NCBI GenBank assembly: GCA_039815375.1
Contig: JBCBZJ010000044.1
Span: forward strand, 1 to 15,054
Source: Verrucomicrobiota bacterium
Lineage (GTDB): Bacteria; Verrucomicrobiota; Verrucomicrobiia; Opitutales; Coraliomargaritaceae
DNA length: 15,054 nucleotides
Direction: 5' to 3'
The notes beneath the pieces were generated by a model. That model was not told the DNA's origin. It searched no databases and saw nothing but the letters and a program-made list of their open reading frames with translations. This document shows positions 1 to 7,218 of this stretch, piece by piece (the stretch's first letter is position 1; each line of letters begins with the position of its first letter). A program made the position numbers and the translations under genes.

Positions 1-209
1 AGTGGGATTTGTGTGGTGACGATCGGAAGGCTCTCCGGATTTTCAAAATCTCGTGCGAAGCGTGCCTCGGTCTCTGCATCAGACTGCTTGTTGGCATTAC
101 GCTTCCTCATGAAGAGATAAATCATGATATAATTGTTCAAACCGTAGAGCAACAATATGAGGCTACAAAGGGTGTAGAAAACAAGAATGATTGAACTAAC
201 CAGATCCAT
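1..209 (-). CDS. N-terminal part of a family-2 glycosyltransferase (cellulose-synthase-like/CslA-CslC type); continues beyond the window
   Basis: Not in the ORF track because no stop lies inside the window. Manual translation from ATG at 209 gives MDLVSSIILVFYTLCSLILLLYGLNNYIMIYLFMRKRNANKQSDAETEARFARDFENPESLPIVTTQIP... This is an N-terminal TM helix followed by the LPxVTxQxP motif that opens the GT2 domain. It starts 56 nt after the stop of the preceding gene on the same strand. Confidence 0.8.
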   Translation of the reverse strand, partial: MDLVSSIILVFYTLCSLILLLYGLNNYIMIYLFMRKRNANKQSDAETEARFARDFENPESLPIVTTQIP

Positions 210-265
210 GAATTGGTGCAGGGTGTAAGCTTATGCGAAGCAGCTGTCTAGCAGGAAGGAGCAGG

Positions 266-2659
266 TCACTTGCCAGTCGCGAGCAACTTGTCGACCGGGG
301 AAAGCTCAAGGGCCTCACGCATTTGCACGGGCGATGCAGCCAGTTTGTCGAGGATCGTGCCCCCTTTTCCATCGAAGCGGCCGAAGCTGAGCACACCGGT
401 TGGGCAGGACTGGACGCAGGCCGAGCAACGCACGCACTCGGGGTCTTCCATCGGAAGGCCTTTGTTGGCAAAGTTCATGATGTCGATCCCCTGATGACAG
501 ACCGAGGTGCAGACATTGCAGGAGATGCACTTCTTCTTTTCGGCGAAAATCCGGAATTGAGTGAAGCGCGCATAGATATGCATCAGCGCTGCCAGCGGGC
601 AGGCAAATCGGCACCAGGCTCGGCCCGAAAAGTGAAAATACAGACCATAGCCGATTGCCCCGGCCAACCAGAGATCGATCAGCACCTTGTAGCTCAGCAG
701 CTCGTTGCCATCGATAAAACCGGCCACTGCCTTATCAAAACCGTCCCATGGCGTGACCCAACCGACAATCCGCAGAATCAGCAGGATAAAGGCAATCGCC
801 AGCACTGCCTGACCGATCATGTTGAGCTTATTGGCAATCGGCCCGTGCGGCATCTTGTGGCGATGTTGATCGCCGAGCGTTTCCGCCATTGCACCGCAGG
901 AGCAAATCCATCCGCAGTAAGCGCCCTTGCCCCAGCGGCGAACGATTAGCGGAATGATGACAAAGGTCTGAATGAACCCGAGCACGATCCAGCCCCATAT
1001 CGGAGCCGAGGTGAAGATGTTGTAGATGAACAGCGGCCAGGCCAGAATGAATCCGAAAGCACGCCAGAACTGGTTCGGGTCACCGCCCTGCCCGTCCGAA
1101 AGGAAGGTCATGCCGAACCACTGGCCAATACCGCCATTGGTGAAGGCGCCCATATTGTAGAGAACCGGCAGCACAATATAAGGAATCAGGAAGAGCGGAA
1201 TGACCTGAAACGACATCAGAGTAAGCGTCTGACGACGCACGTAAGGCGTCTTCCGCCGTTTAATCCGTTTGATCCCGAAAATGACAATCACTGCGGTGTA
1301 GAGGAAAGCGAAAGTGAAGCCGGGATCAGTCCGGGCCGCATTCATGATGGTGTGCAGCACTCCACCTTCGGCGCCTAGCGCCGGCAGGTTGAAAGGGAAC
1401 CAACCATTTTTGGAAAATACCTGCCAGAGGTTTGTCCCGGGAATGGCAAGGAACGTCTTGTAAGCCTTGAGATGATAGAGGAAGGCCATCACAGCGAGGA
1501 AGGCAACGAACCCGAAAATGGCTTTGCCACTCAAGTCGCCTGCAATACTGACTCTGGACTTGCGAAAGAAATCGAGTGGGGCCTCGCGACCGATCATGGC
1601 GAAGACCGCATCATTCTTGATTTCGCGTTCCTCGCCATCCTTGCCTTTGATGAATGCGGCATCGTCGGTAATACGGGTCGGAACGGTGCCGAGCTCAAGA
1701 TTCAAACAACCGGGCTCGCCCTCGCGCATGCTGGAGCTCGCGGCGGTCGTCACGCGTTCCGAACTGGGTTGATCGACCGCCACCTCTACGCAGGGATCGG
1801 CAGCCAGCTCCATCACCTTTTCAATGTTCTCCGGCTTCGGACGGTTCAGATCAGGCTTACGGTAACTCATCGTCACCCTCGCGCCACACGCAGCCAGCGC
1901 AATAGCCGCTTCAGCCGCAGAGTCGCCACCGCCCACGACCATCACGTCCTTACCTCCATAATCCTTGGGGTCGTGGAGACGGTTCATCACCTTGTCCATA
2001 CCCTCGCCCGGCACCCCCATCTTACGGAAATTGCCCGAGCGGCCAATTCCAACGACCACGCGCAGCGCTCTCCACGTCTCACCCTCTTTCGAGTTGGCAT
2101 TGGCCAGGTGGAACACTCCGCCGGACTTCTCGATCTTCTCAATGCGCCCCCGGGTGATCTCGATGCCCGACTCGTCAACCTGGCGCTGCATGTCTTCGAG
2201 CAGCGACTCCTTGATCCCGGATTGCTCGCCATACTGGATGCCGCCCGAAGGCGTCATTTCGGTCGGATAAGTAAAAATCGGCTTCCCTTTCGGGAAATTG
2301 GCCACTGTGGAAAAGATCTGGCTTGCCTCGACGAGCAGGTATTTCAGCCCCGCCTTCCTGGCCTCCATTGCAGCCGAGATACCGGACACACCTGCCCCGA
2401 TAATGACGAGGTCGTAAACTCCGTCCGCCTTGGAGGAGCGCTCGCCCGGAAAACTGCTCTCTGCGAGAATGCCCTGCACCGCTCTAGTCCCCGTCTCGGA
2501 CGAGAATTTAAGCAGTGGCACACCCGAAAGATCCCCTACGATGCGCACGCCGGCAACATTGGTCAGACCGTCCTCACCGACAACGGGTAGTTTCTCAACC
2601 GTGCCAGCAGGCCACTTTCCGTGCAGCCAGTGATAATAGCGTGAGATAGTACCCAGCAT
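266..2659 (-). CDS. FAD/NAD(P)H-dependent oxidoreductase (TrxB/YpdA-like) fused to a NapH/NosR/MauN-like membrane polyferredoxin (4Fe-4S binding protein)
   Basis: 797 aa. FAD motif VIIGAGVSG, NAD(P)H motif VVGGGDSAAE, several hydrophobic helices, CxxxC motifs YCGWICSCG and WCRFACP, and two ferredoxin motifs CISCNVCTSVCH and CVRCSACVQSCP. Confidence 0.88.
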   Translation of the reverse strand: MLGTISRYYHWLHGKWPAGTVEKLPVVGEDGLTNVAGVRIVGDLSGVPLLKFSSETGTRAVQGILAESSFPGERSSKADGVYDLVIIGAGVSGISAAMEARKAGLKYLLVEASQIFSTVANFPKGKPIFTYPTEMTPSGGIQYGEQSGIKESLLEDMQRQVDESGIEITRGRIEKIEKSGGVFHLANANSKEGETWRALRVVVGIGRSGNFRKMGVPGEGMDKVMNRLHDPKDYGGKDVMVVGGGDSAAEAAIALAACGARVTMSYRKPDLNRPKPENIEKVMELAADPCVEVAVDQPSSERVTTAASSSMREGEPGCLNLELGTVPTRITDDAAFIKGKDGEEREIKNDAVFAMIGREAPLDFFRKSRVSIAGDLSGKAIFGFVAFLAVMAFLYHLKAYKTFLAIPGTNLWQVFSKNGWFPFNLPALGAEGGVLHTIMNAARTDPGFTFAFLYTAVIVIFGIKRIKRRKTPYVRRQTLTLMSFQVIPLFLIPYIVLPVLYNMGAFTNGGIGQWFGMTFLSDGQGGDPNQFWRAFGFILAWPLFIYNIFTSAPIWGWIVLGFIQTFVIIPLIVRRWGKGAYCGWICSCGAMAETLGDQHRHKMPHGPIANKLNMIGQAVLAIAFILLILRIVGWVTPWDGFDKAVAGFIDGNELLSYKVLIDLWLAGAIGYGLYFHFSGRAWCRFACPLAALMHIYARFTQFRIFAEKKKCISCNVCTSVCHQGIDIMNFANKGLPMEDPECVRCSACVQSCPTGVLSFGRFDGKGGTILDKLAASPVQMREALELSPVDKLLATGK

Positions 2660-2696
2660 AATTCGTTCGTTTTTGGTTCGCAGGCAAGTCCTGTGC

Positions 2697-3410
2697 CTAA
2701 TTTATAAGATTGAGGGCCCAGTCGTATTTGATCCAGCCAATTTCGTAGTCGAGCGGAAGCGGATCTTCACGATAGCGGTTTAAATATTCGGCCGGGTTGT
2801 CACCCTCAAAGTCCTTATTATACCAATCGAAAAGCGAGGAATAGACGATCTTGTTCGCGTGATCGCTCTCCCGGGCGGCGCGGTCGCTCTTGGCAAAAAG
2901 TCGAGTCTGCTCGTCGAGCTGGGCTTCCAGCTGCTCACCAGTGAAAGGCTCGACACGGAGCGGCGGACAACTCTCGCTGGCACAATTTACAGCAAAGTGG
3001 ATGCGTGGATCAAAAAACTCCTTCAATAAGATACCCTTCTCCACATCATCGAGGCTGAGGAGCCGGTCACCCTGACGAATAAATGTGTCCTTAAACACAT
3101 CAAAGGGCTTCTCGCCGATCTCCGTAACCGAATTGAGGGGATAGTGTTGAAAAACCACCTGCAACATGGCGGCGTTGTAGAGATTGATGTAAAACGCCTT
3201 CTGGTCGGCGGCGCTCATGGCTGCAACATCCACCTCTGCAGACATCCTGAGAAAAGCATCGAGCGCCTCGATGTCCGCCTTATTGGCAAACCAACCTGCG
3301 TAGTCGACGCCGGTTTCTTTGGCGTAAGTCCCAAGCAGACGACCGTATTCAGTGTAGTCCAGCGCAGCCAGCGGCACCCAACTCAGCATCAACATTAGTA
3401 AGTATTTCAT
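2697..3410 (-). CDS. Secreted DUF547 domain protein
   Basis: Signal-peptide-like N-terminus. Family motifs KAFYINLYNA, DPRIHFAVNCASESCPPL, SSLFDWYNKDF and C-terminal YDWALN. Confidence 0.9.
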   Translation of the reverse strand: MKYLLMLMLSWVPLAALDYTEYGRLLGTYAKETGVDYAGWFANKADIEALDAFLRMSAEVDVAAMSAADQKAFYINLYNAAMLQVVFQHYPLNSVTEIGEKPFDVFKDTFIRQGDRLLSLDDVEKGILLKEFFDPRIHFAVNCASESCPPLRVEPFTGEQLEAQLDEQTRLFAKSDRAARESDHANKIVYSSLFDWYNKDFEGDNPAEYLNRYREDPLPLDYEIGWIKYDWALNLIN

Positions 3411-3431
3411 AATAGTTCAGCAACGTTTGCG

Positions 3432-3534
3432 ATCCATAGACTGTGCTGATTTTCGCAGATTTCATTCAGCCTCCTGGATAAGTTAACTCGTTATGTCAGA
3501 ATAATCCGCGTCCATCTGTGTCATCTGCGGATTT
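3432..3534. repeat. Degenerate inverted repeat made of 9-10-nt subunits with core (C)GCAGAT/ATCTGCG
   Basis: Left arm atccatagac-tgtgctgat-tttcgcagat (3432-3460) aligns in register with the reverse complement of the right arm 3503-3534 (atccgcagat-gacacagat-ggacgcggat). Confidence 0.65.
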
Positions 3535-3557
3535 AAAAGCAGTAGATTGAATTGCGA

Positions 3558-4337
3558 TTAACTACCCGGCAACTTCAGCTCGCGCGCATCTTTTGGTACG
3601 GTGAAATCCACTTTTGATAGTTTAGGGTAAGTGATATTTGAAATCGTGCCGACACCCTTCGGGCTGTCGCCGACATTGACCTTCTTCTCTGCGTCCCACA
3701 GCCAGAACTCGTAGCGCGTCGAGATAACCGGACCGTCCGCGTCGACATAATCATGATAGTAAATAATGGACGGCTTCTTATTGGCCTCTTCAACATCCTT
3801 GCCGTAAGTCACGATGTAGGACATCGCATCGATGTTCAGGGACTCTGGATTGATAAAAAAACGATACCAGTCATCCGGTGCGTCGCCCATGTCATCGCCG
3901 AAGGTCTGCTTCATGGTGTAATAGTTCACACCATCCACCTCGTCTCGGGCATGCCCGCTCAGAGTAATGCCTTCGCCCTGCATCTTGAAGGGTGTGAAAA
4001 CAAACCACGGCCAGGTCAGCACATGAAAACGCCCCATCGGCGCCTTCGCATCAGCCGGCGTGACCCAGGCGGTCTCACCATCGAAAATGATACTTACGCC
4101 GTCCGCGCGATCATAGCGCGAACGCGGACCGTGCGCTTCGAACGTAAAAGTCCCCTCTACGATCTTGTTGCCTCCGAAAATCATCTCGGCATCAACCTGC
4201 ATGGCTTCCTTACCCCACCAGGCTTCCAGCCCATGGGCGCGCTGCGTCGCATCAACGACTCTTTCTTGGTGAGCCATCGTGACCAAAGGCCCCAGAATGG
4301 CGAGTGAAACTGTTAGTATTTTGGTTAGTGATTGCAT
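3558..4337 (-). CDS. Secreted beta-rich protein, DUF6503-like
   Basis: Start moved from 4463 to ATG 4337 (MQSLTKILTVSLAILGPLVTMA, a signal peptide), because the longer start runs through an intergenic inverted repeat and overlaps the upstream gene. Motifs AHG..AW, PFKM, TFGDDMGDAPDDWY and SYIVTYG recall DUF6503 proteins (recognised from memory, not searched). Confidence 0.65.
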   Translation of the reverse strand: MQSLTKILTVSLAILGPLVTMAHQERVVDATQRAHGLEAWWGKEAMQVDAEMIFGGNKIVEGTFTFEAHGPRSRYDRADGVSIIFDGETAWVTPADAKAPMGRFHVLTWPWFVFTPFKMQGEGITLSGHARDEVDGVNYYTMKQTFGDDMGDAPDDWYRFFINPESLNIDAMSYIVTYGKDVEEANKKPSIIYYHDYVDADGPVISTRYEFWLWDAEKKVNVGDSPKGVGTISNITYPKLSKVDFTVPKDARELKLPGS

Positions 4338-4381
4338 GCCTCCTTTAGATAGACCGTTCGGTATATTTATTCCTCCAAACT

Positions 4382-4444
4382 TTCGAAATCCAGATCGGAA
4401 TCGATTTCGAACGTGACCGCGGTTTTTCTGATTTTGATTTCGAA
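4382..4444. repeat. Inverted repeat with ~6-nt GAAATC/GATTTC periodicity
   Basis: ttcgaaatccagatcggaa (4382-4400) versus ttctgattttgatttcgaa (4426-4444). There is an extra internal gatttcgaa at 4403-4411. Confidence 0.7.
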
Positions 4445-4453
4445 GGACTTGGC

Positions 4454-4897
4454 TCATATCCACTTTCTGACTTTCAAAGCGTAAGCCTTAAATTCCGCGC
4501 CGTATTTCGCGCGTAGGGTCGCCTCCTCATGGCGGATAAAGATCCATTCGATCACCAGAATGAAGAGCGGCACCGGGACAAAAGCCTGCCAGACCCCGTG
4601 CAGAAAAGCCAAGCCCACCAGCATGACCACCTCTCCAAGATAGAGCGGGTTCCTTGAAATCAGAAAAGGGCCGTCCGTTATCATGTGATTCGGCTCATTA
4701 AAGGGGCAGATCGGCGTCTCCCACTTACGAAAGGCACGCCATGTCGCAAGAACCAGCACCACCCCGATTCCAATCATGATGTAGCCCAACACTATCCGGA
4801 CTCCCGAGTAAGCCGGCACCTTCGAATACCAGGCGATGCCGAACTGCCCCACCGTGGCAAGGAGGAACCAAAACGGCGGCAGTTTAAATGGATTCAT
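4454..4897 (-). CDS. Isoprenylcysteine carboxyl methyltransferase / PEMT family membrane methyltransferase
   Basis: 147 aa and hydrophobic. Signature ITDGPFLISRNPLYLG and IRHEEATLRAKYGAEFKAYALKVRKWI. Confidence 0.9.
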   Translation of the reverse strand: MNPFKLPPFWFLLATVGQFGIAWYSKVPAYSGVRIVLGYIMIGIGVVLVLATWRAFRKWETPICPFNEPNHMITDGPFLISRNPLYLGEVVMLVGLAFLHGVWQAFVPVPLFILVIEWIFIRHEEATLRAKYGAEFKAYALKVRKWI

Positions 4898-4942
4898 GAG
4901 GATACATTGATTCGCGTGAAGCCACTACACTGAAACATCTTT

Positions 4943-5007
4943 AACAGGAGAGAACAGAGTTAAAGAGGAATTCATGCTTGGCGCTCTATTTTCTCTGCCA
5001 GCTCCTT
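4943..5007. repeat. Degenerate inverted repeat of ~9-nt subunits with core CAGAG/CTCTG
   Basis: aacaggag-agaacagag-ttaaagag (4943-4967) versus ctctatttt-ctctgccag-ctcctt (4984-5007). Confidence 0.6.
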
Positions 5008-5019
5008 GGCCGGATTCAC

Positions 5020-6024
5020 TTAAACAGTGGCTCCACCACAACTGGAACCCTGCCCTGCCGTGCAGCCGTAACAATGCACTCCAGTCAAAATCGGCATTTG
5101 CTGCCAATCATTCAAATCGAGCTCCCAAAGTTTCATCACCTCAACAGGATGGGAACAAGTCGACCCTGAAACATTGCCATGATGCATACCCATTTGCTGG
5201 TTGAAGTCGCAGTCATAGATGCCGCCCATCCAATCCACACTAATCGTATCGCGGCACATCAGCCCCTCGACCGAGGCGGAATTGAAGCTCTGCAACAGCA
5301 GCTGCATATAGTCAGCATAGCTGCCCTGACGCTTCAGGTAGGAGGTAAAACGCGCGATCGGCATGTTCGTAATAGCATAGAGCTGGTTGAAGACGATGCC
5401 GAAATGCTTTTCCAGCTCGACCTTGTAATCGACCTCCAGTTCATCCTGTGCAGGCGGAAGCTTTGCACCATTCGGGTTGTAGACCAGATCGAGCTTCAGC
5501 TTCGGGTCCTTACCATAGCCCAATTTGTTTAGCGTCTGCAGGGCGAGGATACTGGAATCAAAGACTCCGTCGCCACGCTGTGCATTTACATTCTCCGGGC
5601 AGTAACAGGGCATCGAAGCCACAATCTGGACCTTCCGGCTGGCATGGAAATCCGCCACCCATTCGTAGCCCGGCTCGTTTAAAATCGTCAGGTTGCAGCG
5701 CACCATCACAGCACGGCCCATATCACGGATCGCCTCGACCATATAACGAAAATCCGGAACCATCTCCGGGGTCCCGCCGGTCAGATCCACCGTCTCCACC
5801 TCGCTCAACTCCAGCCAGTTTAAAATCCGGTCCACCGTCTCCCGCTCCATGATCTCCTTCCGCTTCGGTCCGGCATTCACATGGCAGTGCACACAAGTCA
5901 GATTACAGAGCTTGCCCGTATTGATTTGAAGAACTCTCGGAGCAAGTCGTGTCAATGCGAGCCCCTCATTCGCAAGCGTAGTCTCAAATTCCGGCACAGT
6001 CGGCATAGCAATTGGCATTTTCAT
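5020..6024 (-). CDS. arsS: Radical SAM / Cys-rich domain protein, arsenosugar biosynthesis ArsS family (DUF3641 C-terminus)
   Basis: LQINTGKLCNLTCVHCHV (CxxxCxxC), DLTGGTPE, ASMPCY, QRGDGVF, LVYNP, LMCR..ISVDW.G.IYDCDFNQ and terminal HCYGCTAGQGSSCGG. The start could also be 6018 or 6006. Confidence 0.88.
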   Translation of the reverse strand: MKMPIAMPTVPEFETTLANEGLALTRLAPRVLQINTGKLCNLTCVHCHVNAGPKRKEIMERETVDRILNWLELSEVETVDLTGGTPEMVPDFRYMVEAIRDMGRAVMVRCNLTILNEPGYEWVADFHASRKVQIVASMPCYCPENVNAQRGDGVFDSSILALQTLNKLGYGKDPKLKLDLVYNPNGAKLPPAQDELEVDYKVELEKHFGIVFNQLYAITNMPIARFTSYLKRQGSYADYMQLLLQSFNSASVEGLMCRDTISVDWMGGIYDCDFNQQMGMHHGNVSGSTCSHPVEVMKLWELDLNDWQQMPILTGVHCYGCTAGQGSSCGGATV

Positions 6025-6077
6025 AGGAAATGTTTCGGCTCTGGATTATTCCATCCAGACCGTAAGTTTCTGGCCGC

Positions 6078-6148
6078 AAAACCTAATCCAAACCGTAATT
6101 GGTTTCGAAATCGAACCACCGGTTACGTTACAATGAGGATTACGTTTT
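6078..6148. repeat. Degenerate inverted repeat with CGTAATC/GATTACG core
   Basis: aaaacctaatccaaaccgtaat (6078-6099) versus ggttacgttacaatgaggattacgtttt (6121-6148), with a central imperfect palindrome ggtttcgaaatcgaacc. Confidence 0.6.
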
Positions 6149-6152
6149 CGAA

Positions 6153-6755
6153 CTAAACGCTCTGCTTGACGTTAATAAAATGATCCCAATCCGAGTCGTA
6201 GTCCTGTCCGATCAGCGAGCTCACAAAGGGACGCCAGCGCGGGCGCTCGGGCTTACGGATGAGATGCATGCCCGCCTCGTGTGGCAAACGGTTCGCCTTG
6301 CGGGAATTACACTTGATGCAGGAAGTCACAATATTCTCCCACGAAGTGCGGCCACCGCGGTCGCGAGGGATGACATGGTCCATGTTCAACTGAGACGGGT
6401 GGAAGGTGTCACCACAGTATTGGCAGCGGAAGTTGTCACGTTCGAAGAGATTCTCCCGGGTAAACTTCACTTCCTGCGCCGGGAGCTGATCGTATTGACG
6501 CAGGAGGAGCACTTTCGGCACCCGGATGCGGAGGCGGACTGTTTGCACGTAGGCTTCACTATCGTCCGGCACCTCTTCTTCAGAGAGCGCGATCCATGCC
6601 GCAGAATCCATCATGCGAAAGCTCTGGTCGCCGGTGTAAATGACCTGGGCGTGGTCCTGCAGGAGAAGTGAAAAGGCTCGCTGCGTGCCGACGATGTTCA
6701 CTGGCTGCCAGAGGCGGTTTAAAACTAAAACTCGGTATTTGAGACCAGTGCCCAT
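6153..6755 (-). CDS. Stand-alone HNH endonuclease (McrA-like, Zn-binding)
   Basis: VLVLN N-terminus, FTRENLFERDNFRCQYCG, DHVIPRDRGG..SWENIVTSCIKCNSRK. Confidence 0.92.
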   Translation of the reverse strand: MGTGLKYRVLVLNRLWQPVNIVGTQRAFSLLLQDHAQVIYTGDQSFRMMDSAAWIALSEEEVPDDSEAYVQTVRLRIRVPKVLLLRQYDQLPAQEVKFTRENLFERDNFRCQYCGDTFHPSQLNMDHVIPRDRGGRTSWENIVTSCIKCNSRKANRLPHEAGMHLIRKPERPRWRPFVSSLIGQDYDSDWDHFINVKQSV

Positions 6756-6771
6756 CTGGGACCTATTGGTA

Positions 6772-6795
6772 TGCCACTACCCAAAAGAATGTCAA
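6772..6795 (-). promoter_or_regulatory. Possible sigma70-type promoter for the HNH/arsS run
   Basis: Perfect TTGACA on the minus strand at 6795-6790. Only a weak -10 (TACCAA, 18-nt spacing), shortly upstream of the HNH ATG. Confidence 0.35.
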
Positions 6796-6831
6796 CAAAG
6801 ACTCGGTGACTTTCACGTAAACCAAACCCTC

Positions 6832-6928
6832 AAATCGAAGACGAAATCTAAGACGAAATCTAAGACGAAAGGGCTTCCATTCAGTTTGCCGGTTCCCACT
6901 GCAACGAAACGTCTTCATCTTCATCCTG
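6832..6928. repeat. 12-nt tandem repeat (AAATCTAAGACG x3) with a downstream inverted CGTCTTCATCTTCATC arm
   Basis: aaatcgaagacg-aaatctaagacg-aaatctaagacg-aaa at 6832-6870. cgtcttcatcttcatcctg at 6910-6928 is complementary to the aagacg core. Confidence 0.75.
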
Positions 6929-7218
6929 ACCTTGCTCTCCATTCTCCTTCCGAGGAGCAAAGCGGCATGAACCAAAATCCAGCTCATTACGTGTATCTTG
7001 CCAAATACACCCGTCTGGGGGCGTAAGATCAATCTTCGGCACCTGAAGCGCTTGGCTTCAATCCACAGGCAAATAGACTTGCCAAAAGTAAGGCCTGAAA
7101 ATAACCAGAACGAACTACTTTCTTTTACCTGAAGCACGTAACTTGCTTCAGATCTTAAAATACAGCAGATACCCTATTTCTGCGGGTAGCTCTAACGAAC
7201 CATACACCAAATCAAACT

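Noticed and set aside
233..2590. Long + strand ORFs 233..949 and 1472..2590
   Set aside because: They are antisense shadows of the well-supported 797-aa gene and have no recognisable motifs.
4338..4463. 42-residue N-terminal extension of the DUF6503-like ORF
   Set aside because: It reads through an intergenic inverted repeat, overlaps the upstream gene and would bury the signal peptide.
5020..5100. Selenocysteine in ArsS
   Set aside because: The C-terminal motif is all Cys (HCYGCTAGQGSSCGG) and the ORF ends at TAA with no in-frame TGA.
6640..7137. ORFs 6640..7026 (+, KSKT repeats) and 6763..7137 (-, RLRF repeats)
   Set aside because: The peptide repeats simply translate the 12-nt DNA repeat. 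One ORF overlaps the HNH gene, and neither looks like a protein.
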